64,000 bases of DNA from contig JAUSED010000009.1 in NCBI GenBank assembly GCA_030650425.1, forward strand, positions 32,904-96,903. Direction: 5' to 3'. This DNA is from Candidatus Omnitrophota bacterium (lineage in GTDB: Bacteria > Omnitrophota > Gorgyraeia > Gygaellales > Profunditerraquicolaceae). A model generated the notes under the pieces. The model did not search any database. It saw only the letters and a program-made list of their open reading frames with translations, and was not told the DNA's origin. This document shows, one piece after another, positions 28,902-39,190 of this stretch. The first letter of the stretch is position 1, and each line of letters starts with the position of its first letter. The translations under genes were made by a program, and so were the position numbers.

Positions 28902-30806
28902 ATGAACAAATTTAAAGTTACCTTTCAACCGAATAATAAAACCGTCGAGGTACCCAAAGATACGACGGTTCTTTCGGCAGCGATCTCTTGCGGAGTGTCT
29001 ATAAAGTCGGATTGCGGAGGGGACGGGGTCTGCGGCAGGTGTAAGGTTGTGGTAAAGAAGGGTGAGGTTTTAACTCAGCCCACAGGAATGCTTAATGATG
29101 AAGAGAGAAAACGTAATATATACCTAGCTTGTATTACTACTATACATAGCGATTTGGAAGTAGAGGTTCTACCTGAATCAAGAATTGATCCAAGTTCCAG
29201 GCTTAAAGGTATTTATTCGAAATCCGAAGAGATAGAATCGAAAGAAGCAGTTTCAAGCGATAAAGTATTCAAACACTCGCCACTATCCACAAAATTATAT
29301 CTTGAGTTACCCCCGCCAAATTTGAATGATACAGCCAGCGACTTAGACAGGCTTTTTCGCGCTATTCGTAAAGCGCAGGACCTGCCGGTTATGCAAACAG
29401 GTTTAAGCAATATCCGGCAGCTCGGAGAATTATTACGCGGCTGCGAATGGAAAGTGACCGTTACTTTAGGCAAGAGAAATGATACGGTAGAGGTTGTCTT
29501 GGTTGAACCGCAGGATACCTCGAACAAAAATTTCGGGGTATGTTTTGACATCGGCACTACCACTATCTCCGGCCAGCTTGTGGATTTAAATTCCAAAAAG
29601 ATATTGGGGACTAAGGCGACCTATAATCAGCAAGCGAGCTTTGGTTCGGATGTAATCACGCGCATAATCTACGCGCGGCAGAACGAAGGAATCGAAAAAC
29701 TGCACAGCGCGGTAACCGGGACGATGAACCTGATGATTAAAGAGCTTACCGTTGAACATAAAGTGAATTTAAATGACCTGACTTGCGTTGTTTGTACCGG
29801 AAATACGACAATGATCCATTTATTGCTTCTGGTGGACCCTACTTATATAAGGCGTGAGCCGTATGTACCGACGGCGAATTTCCTGCCGGTTTTAAGGGCT
29901 TCCGAAGCAGGGATCATCATTAATCCTCGCGGGCTTTTAGCATGCGTACCGGGTGTATCAAGTTATGTCGGAGGAGACACTACCGCCGGGGTTCTTTCCA
30001 GCGGCCTCTACAATGAAACTGATCTGTGCATTCTGATTGATATAGGCACTAATGGAGAAATTGCCCTCGGGAATAAGGATTTTTTGGTTGCCTGCGCGGC
30101 TTCCGCCGGCCCGGCGTTTGAAGGAAGCGGAGTAAGCTGCGGTATGCGGGCCTCAAACGGCGCAATCCAAAAGGTTAAGATAAGCCCCAAAGACTTCTCA
30201 GTAACCTGTTCGACGATCGGTGAAGCTAAGCCTCGCGGCATATGCGGTTCCGGATATATCGATTTAATCGCCCAGATGCTTGAAACAGGCGTAATAGATA
30301 GAGGCGGGAAAATTAAATTGGAAAACCATAAACGCGTGCGTGATTCCGAATCCGGGAAAGAATTTGTGCTGGTTTTTAAAGAAGACTCGGCTTCTTCGAA
30401 AGATATAGTTATTAACGAAGCGGATATAGAAAACTTAAAACGCGCCAAGGCCGCGATTTATTCGGCTACCGCTGTTTTAGTCAAGCATATGAATTTTATG
30501 CTTGACGATGTTAAGAAGATCTTTATCGCCGGCGGATTTGGCACATCTTTGGATATAGAGAGCGCGATAAAGATAGGGCTGCTTCCCGATCTTGTAAGAA
30601 GCAAGTTTGTGTTTATCGGTAATAGCGCTTTAGCGGGTGCCCGTCAGATGCTTCTATCGGCAGAGGCAACAAAGTTGGCGGAGGAGATAGCGCGTAAGAT
30701 CACCTACTTTGAATTATCCGTTGATTCCGGATATATGGATGAATATATGGCGGCTTTGTTTTTCCCGCATACGGATTTAAATAGATTCAGGCCGCGGGAT
30801 AAATAA
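28902..30806 (+). CDS. acsV: Reductive activator of corrinoid protein (RACo/AcsV; 2Fe-2S + ASKHA)
   Basis: CGGDGVCGRC...LAC, DIGTTT, GSDVITRI, DIGTNGE, AGPAFEG, GICGSG, AGGFG. Confidence 0.9.
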   Translation: MNKFKVTFQPNNKTVEVPKDTTVLSAAISCGVSIKSDCGGDGVCGRCKVVVKKGEVLTQPTGMLNDEERKRNIYLACITTIHSDLEVEVLPESRIDPSSRLKGIYSKSEEIESKEAVSSDKVFKHSPLSTKLYLELPPPNLNDTASDLDRLFRAIRKAQDLPVMQTGLSNIRQLGELLRGCEWKVTVTLGKRNDTVEVVLVEPQDTSNKNFGVCFDIGTTTISGQLVDLNSKKILGTKATYNQQASFGSDVITRIIYARQNEGIEKLHSAVTGTMNLMIKELTVEHKVNLNDLTCVVCTGNTTMIHLLLLVDPTYIRREPYVPTANFLPVLRASEAGIIINPRGLLACVPGVSSYVGGDTTAGVLSSGLYNETDLCILIDIGTNGEIALGNKDFLVACAASAGPAFEGSGVSCGMRASNGAIQKVKISPKDFSVTCSTIGEAKPRGICGSGYIDLIAQMLETGVIDRGGKIKLENHKRVRDSESGKEFVLVFKEDSASSKDIVINEADIENLKRAKAAIYSATAVLVKHMNFMLDDVKKIFIAGGFGTSLDIESAIKIGLLPDLVRSKFVFIGNSALAGARQMLLSAEATKLAEEIARKITYFELSVDSGYMDEYMAALFFPHTDLNRFRPRDK

Positions 30807-30807
30807 T

Positions 30808-31560
30808 ATGGGGTGGGTTATAGCGATGGCGGGTAAGGGTGGAACAGGTAAGACTACTGTCGCAGCCCTGCTTGTGCGTATAATTAAAGAAAATAATCTT
30901 GGCTCGATTCTAGCGGTTGATGCAGACCCAAATAGTAATCTTGGCGAATTATTGGGTTTGGAGGCAAAAGAAAGCATCGGCTGTATACTCGATGATATAG
31001 CCAGTAATCCGCAAATCGTTCCCGTTAATATGGGTAAGGACGCTTTTATCGAATACCGCGTTCAGCGCTCGATAATCGAGGCGGATGGCTTTGATCTTTT
31101 GACGATGGGCAGGCCTGAGGGCCCGGGCTGCTATTGTTATGTAAATAACTCCCTGCGTAATGTTATGGATAGGCTGATCAATGACTATGATTTTGTGGTC
31201 ATTGATAATGAAGCGGGGTTAGAACATTTATCCCGGCGCACTACCAGACGGGTGGATACTTTATTGGTTATTTCGGATGCCTCTATTATAGGCCTAAAAG
31301 CAGCGAAAAGAATCGTTGAGTTGACCAAAGAGCTGAAAATTAAAACTAAAAAAGAACTCTTAGTGGTTAACCGAAGCAACCCAAATATTGAACCGGATAA
31401 AATTAAAGGTTTAAACTTGGATTACTTGGGCCGCTTACCCATAGATTCTGAGGTTGAAAGTTTAAGTAAGTTGGGGGCATCGTTGGTGAATTTAAATAAA
31501 GATAGCGCGATGCTAAGTACTTTACGAAAACTAGGAGAAAAGATATGGCTTTGCAATTAA
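30808..31560 (+). CDS. cooC: CooC/AcsF nickel-insertion ATPase
   Basis: GKGGTGKTT, DADPNSNL, GPGCYCYVN, DNEAGLEHLSR. Confidence 0.93.
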   Translation: MGWVIAMAGKGGTGKTTVAALLVRIIKENNLGSILAVDADPNSNLGELLGLEAKESIGCILDDIASNPQIVPVNMGKDAFIEYRVQRSIIEADGFDLLTMGRPEGPGCYCYVNNSLRNVMDRLINDYDFVVIDNEAGLEHLSRRTTRRVDTLLVISDASIIGLKAAKRIVELTKELKIKTKKELLVVNRSNPNIEPDKIKGLNLDYLGRLPIDSEVESLSKLGASLVNLNKDSAMLSTLRKLGEKIWLCN

Positions 31561-32486
31561 TCACGGAAAAGTGGTCAGGCGAAGTTTCGGTAGTCACTAT
31601 CGGCGCGGCTAATCAGGAGGGTGGAACACGTTCCCACGCGGTAAAGATCGGTGGGGAGAAATCGCTTCCTTACTTGTTCAAAGAAGGAAGTCTTCCGAAT
31701 AAGCCTCAGATTGCCTTTGAAATTTTAGATATCATGCCTAGTGATTGGCCTAATGCAGTTAGCGCTCCCTATGGTAAAACTTTAAATGATCCTTTGGAAT
31801 GGGCGGATAAATGTGTGCGGGATTATCAAGCCGGTATTTTATGCGTTAGATTACTTGGATCTCATCCGGATTTCGGAAATAAATCTCCTGAAGAAGAAGC
31901 GCAGCTGATTAAGAAATTATTAAAAAAAGTGAGCGTACCTTTAGTTATTTTAGGAAGCGGAGATGACGCTAAAGACAATCTTGTTTTACCGGCTATATCC
32001 GAAGCAGCCAAAGGTGAGCGTTGTCTAATCGGTTCAGCGGTACAGGATAATTATAAAACTATTGTGGCCAGCGTTTTAGCCGACGGGCATAATATCATTG
32101 CCGAATCCCCGATAGATATTAATATCGCCAAGCAGTTGAATATTTTGATTTCGGATATGGGGCTGGCTTTGGAACGTATTGTGATGAATCCTACCATTGG
32201 GGCTTTAGGTTACGGGTTGGAATACGCCTATTCGATTATGGAGCGTTCCCGCCTTGCCGCGCTGGCAGGAGATAAGACTATGGCTTCTCCATTTATCTGT
32301 TTTGTGGGACAGGAGGCCTGGAGGGCTAAAGAAGCTAAGGCGGATGATTTGCCTGATCAGGGGATAATCTGGGAAACACTGACCGCGACGGCCTTAATTC
32401 AGGCAGGCGCTGATTTATTAGTTATGCGGCATCCTAAGGCGGTTGAAAAAGTAAAAGAATATATAGATAATTTATTCCGGAGTTAA
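31545..32486 (+). CDS. acsD: Corrinoid iron-sulfur protein small subunit (AcsD/CdhD)
   Basis: SPIDINIAKQLNI, GALGYGLEYAYSIMER.RLAAL.GD, MRHP. Confidence 0.95.
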   Translation: MALQLITEKWSGEVSVVTIGAANQEGGTRSHAVKIGGEKSLPYLFKEGSLPNKPQIAFEILDIMPSDWPNAVSAPYGKTLNDPLEWADKCVRDYQAGILCVRLLGSHPDFGNKSPEEEAQLIKKLLKKVSVPLVILGSGDDAKDNLVLPAISEAAKGERCLIGSAVQDNYKTIVASVLADGHNIIAESPIDINIAKQLNILISDMGLALERIVMNPTIGALGYGLEYAYSIMERSRLAALAGDKTMASPFICFVGQEAWRAKEAKADDLPDQGIIWETLTATALIQAGADLLVMRHPKAVEKVKEYIDNLFRS

Positions 32487-32489
32487 AAT

Positions 32490-33278
32490 ATGTTGATCAT
32501 CGGTGAGTTGATTAATGGGATGTACGCTAATATCGGTAAAGCGATTAAGGAGCGCGCTAAAGCCGAAATCCAGAAATGCGCCTTGGAGCAGATAGAAAGC
32601 GGAGCAGACGCTTTAGATATTAATTGCGGCCCGGCATCAAAGCAACCGCTTATCGATATGCCGTGGTTGGTTGAAAGCGTGCAAGAGGTGACGGATAAAC
32701 CGTTGTGCCTGGATTCAAGCAAGCCGCAGGTTATTGAAGTTGGCCTTGAGGCGGCAAGGAATAAAACGATTATTAATTCGGTTACAGCGGACCCGGAAAA
32801 GTTAGATGTGATTATTCCGTTAGCCAAGAAATATAATTCCCAGCTTATCGGGATTACCATCAGTAAAAAAGGTATCCCGCAGAATAAAGACCAGCGCCTC
32901 GAATTAGCCGCGGCGATTGTGGCCAGCTGCGCGGAAAAAGATTTTCCTGTTGACAACTTGTTCCTTGATCCGATAGTCCTTCCGGTGAATGTCGCTCAGG
33001 CGCAGCTAAAAGATATTTTAGAGTCAATCCGCGATTTTAAGATAATCTCCGAGCCTTCCCCTAAAACGACTTTAGGATTGAGCAATGTTTCGCAAGGCAC
33101 AAACGTCAGGAGCCTGATTAACCGGACCTTTCTTACAATGGCTATCGCCTATGGCTTGGATTCGGCTATATTAGACCCTAAAGATAAAGAGTTGATGGAT
33201 GCCTTGATTACCGCCGAGCTTATTTTGAATAAACACATTTATTGCGATTCGTATTTAGACGCTTATAAGAAAAAGTGA
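32490..33278 (+). CDS. acsE: Methyltetrahydrofolate:corrinoid methyltransferase
   Basis: IIGELING, LDINCG, LCLDS, IINS, DPIVLP, GLSNVSQG, GLDSAI. Confidence 0.93.
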   Translation: MLIIGELINGMYANIGKAIKERAKAEIQKCALEQIESGADALDINCGPASKQPLIDMPWLVESVQEVTDKPLCLDSSKPQVIEVGLEAARNKTIINSVTADPEKLDVIIPLAKKYNSQLIGITISKKGIPQNKDQRLELAAAIVASCAEKDFPVDNLFLDPIVLPVNVAQAQLKDILESIRDFKIISEPSPKTTLGLSNVSQGTNVRSLINRTFLTMAIAYGLDSAILDPKDKELMDALITAELILNKHIYCDSYLDAYKKK

Positions 33279-33293
33279 ATTTGAGTTAGTTAT

Positions 33294-33370
33294 GGCGGCG
33301 TAACTCAGCCTGATAGAGTAGTCGGCTCATACCCGATTTGTCGCTGGTTTAAATCCAGCCGCCGCCACCA
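33294..33370 (+). tRNA. tRNA-Met (CAT), elongator-type
   Basis: Acceptor GGCGGCG/CGCCGCC + ACCA; anticodon arm GTCGG-CTCATAC-CCGAT; atypical D and T loops. Confidence 0.85.
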
Positions 33371-33409
33371 AATTTTTTATATAAAATTTTAAACTAATCA
33401 GGATCCCGA

Positions 33410-34399
33410 ATGAATAAGAAAGGCGAGGCTAAAGAAGCCGGGTATGGTTTGGTTCTGCAGGAGCTGCAGGAAAACCCCTACAGGAAATTTAATCTCGCCT
33501 TTTCTTTAATGGTTATTTTGCCTTTCCTTGTATTTTTGTACATATTAGTAAGTAAGTTATTTACTTTAAACATACTTATCGGCAATATCGGCATCGTATT
33601 GCTTATCGCGCTTTTTATTTCAATTTGCGGATTTTTAATCGGCGTCAGAATTTTAAAGAATATTTTAAAAAAACTCATCGCGCTTGCCGCGCAAGCAAAG
33701 CATAGTGATCAGTTGAAATCGACTTTTGTGGCTACGGTATCGCACGAACTAAAAAACCCTCTTACTTCTATTAAAACTAATATTTATAATATCTCCGCGG
33801 GGTTTACCGGAGAGGTTAATCTAGAGCAAAAGAATATCCTTGGGCTTTGTCAGGATACAATTGATCGTATGAGCAGGCTGGTAAACGATTTGCTGGATTT
33901 ACATAAGATCGAAGCCGGAATGACCGATGTAAATAGAAAGCCTTGCAATGTCATAGAATTATCAGAGAAGCAGATTAGGGAGTTAGGGGTTGTAGCTGGG
34001 GCAAGGAATATCCAGATCGTTAAGGAATTTTCAGATACAAAGCTAACGGTATGGGCTGATGAAGACAAATTGGCGCGGGTAATTAATAACCTTTTGAGCA
34101 ATGCGATAAAATTTACTCCCGAAGCAGGAATTGTAACTTTAAAGGTTTATCCCGCTGATAATTTCGCCAGAATCGAATGTATAGACACCGGAACAGGAAT
34201 AGAAGCGGATAACCTGGAAAAGATTTTTAGTAAATTCGAGCGGTTAAATTCCGTAAAAGAAGGCACTGGATTGGGTTTGGCTATCTCCAAGGATATCGCG
34301 GAAATGCATAGGGGTAAAATTCTCGTAGAAAGCGAAATCGGGAAAGGAAGTAAGTTTATTCTGCTTTTACCCCGCGACCTTAGAGGAAGGGGCAGATAA
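33410..34399 (+). CDS. Membrane sensor histidine kinase
   Basis: Two TM helices, VSHELKNPL H-box, NLLSNAIKF, DTGTGI, GTGLGL. Confidence 0.95.
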   Translation: MNKKGEAKEAGYGLVLQELQENPYRKFNLAFSLMVILPFLVFLYILVSKLFTLNILIGNIGIVLLIALFISICGFLIGVRILKNILKKLIALAAQAKHSDQLKSTFVATVSHELKNPLTSIKTNIYNISAGFTGEVNLEQKNILGLCQDTIDRMSRLVNDLLDLHKIEAGMTDVNRKPCNVIELSEKQIRELGVVAGARNIQIVKEFSDTKLTVWADEDKLARVINNLLSNAIKFTPEAGIVTLKVYPADNFARIECIDTGTGIEADNLEKIFSKFERLNSVKEGTGLGLAISKDIAEMHRGKILVESEIGKGSKFILLLPRDLRGRGR

Positions 34400-34401
34400 A
34401 T

Positions 34402-34785
34402 ATGACGAATGAAAGAAACGCTAAAAAAATCTTAATCGTGGAGGATGGGAAAGAATTGTTGTTAAGCTTGTCAATTTTGCTAAAATCCCAGGGTTATTTG
34501 ACTATTGGCGCGCCTGACGCCCTCTTCGGTATAAGCCTTGCTCACAAAGAAAGGCCGGATTTGATCATTCTGGATTTGGGCTTGCCCGCGGGAGGAGGAT
34601 TTTATGTTTTAGAGAGCATTAACGATTCTATTGAAACTAATGATATACCAGTCATGATTTTGACCGGACAGCAGGGAATAGAACTGGAAGAAAAAGCCCG
34701 GAAGATGGGGGTAGCGGCGTATCTGCATAAGCCTTTTGAGCCTAAAGAGCTGCTCAGCCGGGTTAAGGAAATTTTGGATAGATAG
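34402..34785 (+). CDS. Single-domain response regulator
   Basis: ILIVED, PDLIILDLGLP, ILTG, KPF; no output domain. Confidence 0.93.
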   Translation: MTNERNAKKILIVEDGKELLLSLSILLKSQGYLTIGAPDALFGISLAHKERPDLIILDLGLPAGGGFYVLESINDSIETNDIPVMILTGQQGIELEEKARKMGVAAYLHKPFEPKELLSRVKEILDR

Positions 34786-34804
34786 GGAAAAAATAGAACC
34801 GTCC

Positions 34805-36064
34805 CTATTGTTTTTTGGTAAGGGTGTAGAGTATCTGCGATGTTGAAATAAAGATAACTGCCTCTATGGTTATAGTCGCCGCCGCGGCGCCTAAAAAAGA
34901 GAAATAGTGAATAAAAATAAAGATTAAGGGTAATCCCAGGAAAGCCGCGAAGACGTGTATCCTTGAATAGATATCCGGCCTGCCGCAGACCAAGAGGAAT
35001 TGCACCTTAAAGGCATTGGCGCTGATGAAGAATAAAGAGAGAAGGAGCAGTCTTAAGCTTATGACGACTTCGGGAAATTCTGTTCCGCAGGCTAGCTTTA
35101 CGATCTGCGGAGAAATAAAGAAGATAAACGGAATAATTAATAAGTAAGCCAGAGTGGTAGAATGTTGGACTTTATGCATTAAATTCAGCGCCTGTTTCTT
35201 ACTTCTGGAAAAAATCCGGCTTAAGCGCGGGAAAATTGCCTGTGAAAGCGCGGCAAGCGGAAATGTCTGAATAATACCGGTAATTCTTTCGGCGATGGAG
35301 TAATATCCGGTGATTATATTATTGGTAAGCAGTCCAACGGCGAAAATGCGCGTTGTCGTGTAGGTATTTATAGCGACGATGGAGATAAATACTTCCCAAC
35401 CGGTTTTTAATTCCTGCCTTATGCCGCTATAGCTTGGGAAAAGAAATTCAAGATCAAATTCTTTAAAGGCTACATATAGCCCTAAAAGCCCGGTGATTAT
35501 AAAAAACAAAGAATTCAATAGAGGAACAAGCAGGTAATCGCTAGCGCTCTTTACAAAGATAAAAATAGAAATCGCGTAGATTACTCCACCAATTATGTTG
35601 ATGATGGTTATGTAGCGCATTTTTTCCGTCCCCTGAAATAGCCAGACCGGAAAAAGGGTATTACCGATCACCGCGCCAAAGCTGAATAAATAGAGAAGCC
35701 AGTCAGTCTTGAATTTTGGGACGAGATTAATTAGCAGCAATAAAATCAGATAACTTAAAAACGCGAGAATAAACTTTACGCTCATCACCGTTGAGAATAT
35801 CGTGCTGGCCTGTTTATATTCATTGCATAAAGATATCTTTCTGGTCGCGGTCAGGCTAAACCCATAGTCTGTAATAATCATAAAGTATTGGATGAGCGCC
35901 TGAGCAAAGGCGATTAAGCCGAATTTCTCCGGGCCGATGATCCTGATTAAGTATGGTAACACCAGAAGCGGCAGGAGGTAGTTGATGCATTGAAGGGTAG
36001 AAAGCGAGGCAAAATTCTCTAAAACAACTTTCTTGTCTTTCGCGCTTATAGCTTTATGCTGCAT
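34805..36064 (-). CDS. wzx: Wzx-type polysaccharide flippase
   Basis: PYLIRIIGPEKFGLIAFAQ, DYGFSLTATRKI, FPVWLFQGTEKM, GYYSIAERI; about 12 TM segments. Confidence 0.88.
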   Translation of the reverse strand: MQHKAISAKDKKVVLENFASLSTLQCINYLLPLLVLPYLIRIIGPEKFGLIAFAQALIQYFMIITDYGFSLTATRKISLCNEYKQASTIFSTVMSVKFILAFLSYLILLLLINLVPKFKTDWLLYLFSFGAVIGNTLFPVWLFQGTEKMRYITIINIIGGVIYAISIFIFVKSASDYLLVPLLNSLFFIITGLLGLYVAFKEFDLEFLFPSYSGIRQELKTGWEVFISIVAINTYTTTRIFAVGLLTNNIITGYYSIAERITGIIQTFPLAALSQAIFPRLSRIFSRSKKQALNLMHKVQHSTTLAYLLIIPFIFFISPQIVKLACGTEFPEVVISLRLLLLSLFFISANAFKVQFLLVCGRPDIYSRIHVFAAFLGLPLIFIFIHYFSFLGAAAATITIEAVIFISTSQILYTLTKKQ

Positions 36065-36118
36065 AAGATTAATTTACACTTCGGGAAGCTAAAAGTCAAA
36101 CATAATAAAAGATGCGCT

Positions 36119-36169
36119 CAGGGGACACTTTCCTACGCGCGTTTACTATCTGTTGGAAAGTGTCCCCTG
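36119..36169. repeat. GGGGACACTTTCC...GGAAAGTGTCCCC miniature element
   Basis: 15-bp perfect inverted repeats CAGGGGACACTTTCC/GGAAAGTGTCCCCTG with a different spacer. Confidence 0.9.
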
Positions 36170-36306
36170 CTAGGGAAAAAACAGATTTTCCTCGCAGGGG
36201 AAAATCAAGCGGTGCTCACTCGAATCAAGCCAAGCCCCCCCCTAAGCCGTAATAAGCTTATAATGTAATCATTGAAAAGCAGTCTAGTTATGCTAATATA
36301 AAAAGT

Positions 36307-37281
36307 ATGCGTAGGAAAATTTTGGATAAAGTTCGGGATACGATTGAAAGGTATGGCTTAATCGCCAAGGGCGACTTGGTGCTCGTCGGTGTATCAGGCG
36401 GCCCGGATTCTGTTTGTTTGCTCTATTTGTTAAAGGCTTTAAGCAAATCTTTGGGATTTAGCCTTGAGATCGCCCATTTAGACCATATGCTGCGTAAAGA
36501 TTCACCTCAAGACACTGAGTTTGTGAGATCTTTAGCTGTAAAATTAGCTATCCCGGCAACTATTGGCAGGATAGACATAAAGAAATCGGCAGCTAAGGGT
36601 TCGCTTGAGGAGATTGCCCGCAATAAACGTTTGGAGTTTTTTATTAGAACAGCTAAAGATGTAGGGGCAAAAAAAATAGCCCTGGCGCATAATCTCGATG
36701 ATCAGGCGGAAACTGTCTTGATGCGTATCCTAAGAGGGACAGGGCTTTACGGTTTATCCGGCATACTGCCTAAAAGAAATCTCTACGGATTTGAAGTTAT
36801 CCGGCCATTGATCAGGGTACAGCGGCGAGAAATCGAAGATTTCTTAAGCAGGAAGAAGGTAAGGGCGTGCCTTGATCAAACAAATAAAAATGAAATTTTC
36901 TTTAGAAATAAGATCCGTAATAAGTTAATTCCTTTATTGGAAAAGGAATATAACCCTAGTATAAAAAACACCTTAAGCAATATGGCGGAAACCAGCGCTT
37001 TAGACTACGATTATTTAAACCAGTTGGCCTTACGCAAGATTAAAGGAACGCGAGGTAAAATTAGATTGAGTTCTTTCTTACGGTTTCATTCTGCGCTGCA
37101 AAGGCTTATTTTACGTTTGACTATCAGTCATCTGCAAGGTTCGACCCGGCGCATTAGTTTCGCACACATCAAGGAAATCGAGGATTTAATTCTTAAGCGC
37201 CCGGTTAATTCCATCGTTGACCTGCCTAAAGGTATATCGGTTGCCAAGAAGGTAAAATCCATTATTTTTTATCGTAGGTAA
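36307..37281 (+). CDS. tilS: tRNA(Ile)-lysidine synthase
   Basis: VSGGPDS, AHNLDDQAETVLMR..RG.G, IRPL, RNKIR. Confidence 0.96.
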   Translation: MRRKILDKVRDTIERYGLIAKGDLVLVGVSGGPDSVCLLYLLKALSKSLGFSLEIAHLDHMLRKDSPQDTEFVRSLAVKLAIPATIGRIDIKKSAAKGSLEEIARNKRLEFFIRTAKDVGAKKIALAHNLDDQAETVLMRILRGTGLYGLSGILPKRNLYGFEVIRPLIRVQRREIEDFLSRKKVRACLDQTNKNEIFFRNKIRNKLIPLLEKEYNPSIKNTLSNMAETSALDYDYLNQLALRKIKGTRGKIRLSSFLRFHSALQRLILRLTISHLQGSTRRISFAHIKEIEDLILKRPVNSIVDLPKGISVAKKVKSIIFYRR

Positions 37282-37294
37282 CTCTATAAAATAC

Positions 37295-37323
37295 TTGATT
37301 TTATGACTGTTTAAGGATATAAT
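37295..37323 (+). promoter_or_regulatory. Putative sigma70 promoter of ftsH
   Basis: TTGATT-N17-TATAAT. Confidence 0.55.
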
Positions 37324-37360
37324 TAATTCTCTTAAAAACAACAGCTCTAGAAAGGTAAAT

Positions 37361-39190
37361 ATGGCTAAGAAAAATGGTTTCAAACGTTCTCAGTTTGGTT
37401 GGATACTAGGGATTATTATTTTTTTTGTGATTATAAATTCCTTGAGTATTCCCGCGGGTGGAATACCCAAGGAAACTACTTACGGTAATTTTTATTCCAT
37501 CCTGAAGAATAATCCGGAAAAAATCAAATCCGTAACCAAAGTCGAAGCCGTGCTGCAAGGTGAATTTACGGATAATTCCAAATTTTTGGTGAATATTCCG
37601 GAGAATGACACTGAGTTGCTCAATCTTTTACGTCAGAATGTGAGGGCTTTTGATGTTAAGCCTCAGCGCACCTTCTGGACATCTTTACTTTTTAACCTGG
37701 GCCCAATACTGCTTCTTATATTTTTCTGGTGGATGATGGCTGCCCGGGGAGAGCAGCTGGGTAATAAGATTATGACTTTTGGTAAAGCTGTCCCTAAGAT
37801 ACACAGCGGCACGGAAAAGGTAACTTTTAACGACGTGGCCGGTGTGGATGAAGCCAAGGAAGAGTTAAAAGAAGTAATCGAATTTTTAAAAGATCCTAAA
37901 AGATTCCAAAAACTGGGAGGGAAAATCCCTAAGGGAGTGCTGCTGGTGGGGCCGCCGGGCTGCGGGAAAACCTTGATTGCCAAGGCTGTAGCCGGAGAAG
38001 CGGGAGTTCCCTTTTTCTCAATTAGCGGCTCGGATTTTGTCGAAATGTTTGTGGGCGTAGGCGCCAGCCGCGTCCGGGATTTATTTGATCAGGGAAGGCG
38101 CGCGTCCAAGGTATCGGGTAAAGGCGCGATTATTTTTATCGACGAGATTGACGCGGTCGGCCGCCTGCGTTTTTCCGGCATCGGCGGAGGCCATGATGAA
38201 CGCGAACAGACATTGAACGCGCTTTTAGTGGAGATGGATGGTTTTGACAGTTTAAAAGGGTTAATTCTGATTGCCGCGACTAACCGGCCGGATACTTTAG
38301 ATCCGGCTTTACTGCGTCCGGGAAGATTTGACCGCACGATTATTGTAAGCTTCCCTGATATCAAAGGGAGGGAAGAAATTCTTAGAGTCCACACCCGTAA
38401 GATTAAGCTTGATCCGTCCGTTGACCTAAAATCAATCGCCTCGCAGACTCCCGGTTTTTCCGGAGCGGACTTGGCAAACTTATGCAACGAAGCCGCGCTG
38501 CTTGCCGCCAGAAACAGCAAAGAAATGGTTGAGGAATCTGATCTCGATAAGTCGGTTGAGCGGGTATTGATGGGGCCTGAAAAGAAGAGCCATATTATCT
38601 CTAAAAAAGAGAAAGAGATCACTGCTTTCCATGAGTCAGGGCACGCGTTACTATCGTTAATCTTGCCCGAAGTAAACCCTTTAAAAAAGGTTTCCATTAT
38701 TCCCAGGGGCTTAGCCGGCGGTTATACTTTTACCCCGCCGCTGGAAGACAGGCATTATTGGACAAAGAGAGAGTTAATCGCTGAAATCACCATGATGCTG
38801 GGAGGCCGCGCTTCCGAAGAGGTTAATTTGACGGAAGTAACTACCGGCGCGCAGAATGATCTTGAAATGGCCACCGGAATGGCTCGACGCATGGTTACTC
38901 AATTTGGGATGTCGGAAAAATTAGGGAATATAACTTTGGGACGCAGGGAAGGCCTGGTTTTTCTGGGTAAAGACATTATGGAAGAAAAAAATTACAGCGA
39001 TGAGACCGCGCGCTTAATCGATGAAGAGGTAAGGCAAATAGTTGAAGGTGCTTACGTAAAGGCGAAGAACCTGTTGCAACAGAACGCGGGTAAGTTAAAA
39101 ATATTAGCCGGTACTCTTATTGAAAAAGAAGTGATGAGCGGAGATGACGTCAAGCGCCTGTTGGGGATAGAAAAATCCGACCTTGCCTAA
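37361..39190 (+). CDS. ftsH: ATP-dependent zinc metalloprotease FtsH
   Basis: Two [34 protein letters not shown]. Confidence 0.98.
   Translation: MAKKNGFKRSQFGWILGIIIFFVIINSLSIPAGGIPKETTYGNFYSILKNNPEKIKSVTKVEAVLQGEFTDNSKFLVNIPENDTELLNLLRQNVRAFDVKPQRTFWTSLLFNLGPILLLIFFWWMMAARGEQLGNKIMTFGKAVPKIHSGTEKVTFNDVAGVDEAKEELKEVIEFLKDPKRFQKLGGKIPKGVLLVGPPGCGKTLIAKAVAGEAGVPFFSISGSDFVEMFVGVGASRVRDLFDQGRRASKVSGKGAIIFIDEIDAVGRLRFSGIGGGHDEREQTLNALLVEMDGFDSLKGLILIAATNRPDTLDPALLRPGRFDRTIIVSFPDIKGREEILRVHTRKIKLDPSVDLKSIASQTPGFSGADLANLCNEAALLAARNSKEMVEESDLDKSVERVLMGPEKKSHIISKKEKEITAFHESGHALLSLILPEVNPLKKVSIIPRGLAGGYTFTPPLEDRHYWTKRELIAEITMMLGGRASEEVNLTEVTTGAQNDLEMATGMARRMVTQFGMSEKLGNITLGRREGLVFLGKDIMEEKNYSDETARLIDEEVRQIVEGAYVKAKNLLQQNAGKLKILAGTLIEKEVMSGDDVKRLLGIEKSDLA

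Noticed and set aside
36056-36268. 70-aa ORF between wzx and tilS
   Set aside because: Runs through the repeat element and promoter region with a weak start; probably spurious.
33371-36300. tRNA-Met-anchored genomic island
   Set aside because: No integrase, and I saw no duplicated tRNA 3' end downstream.
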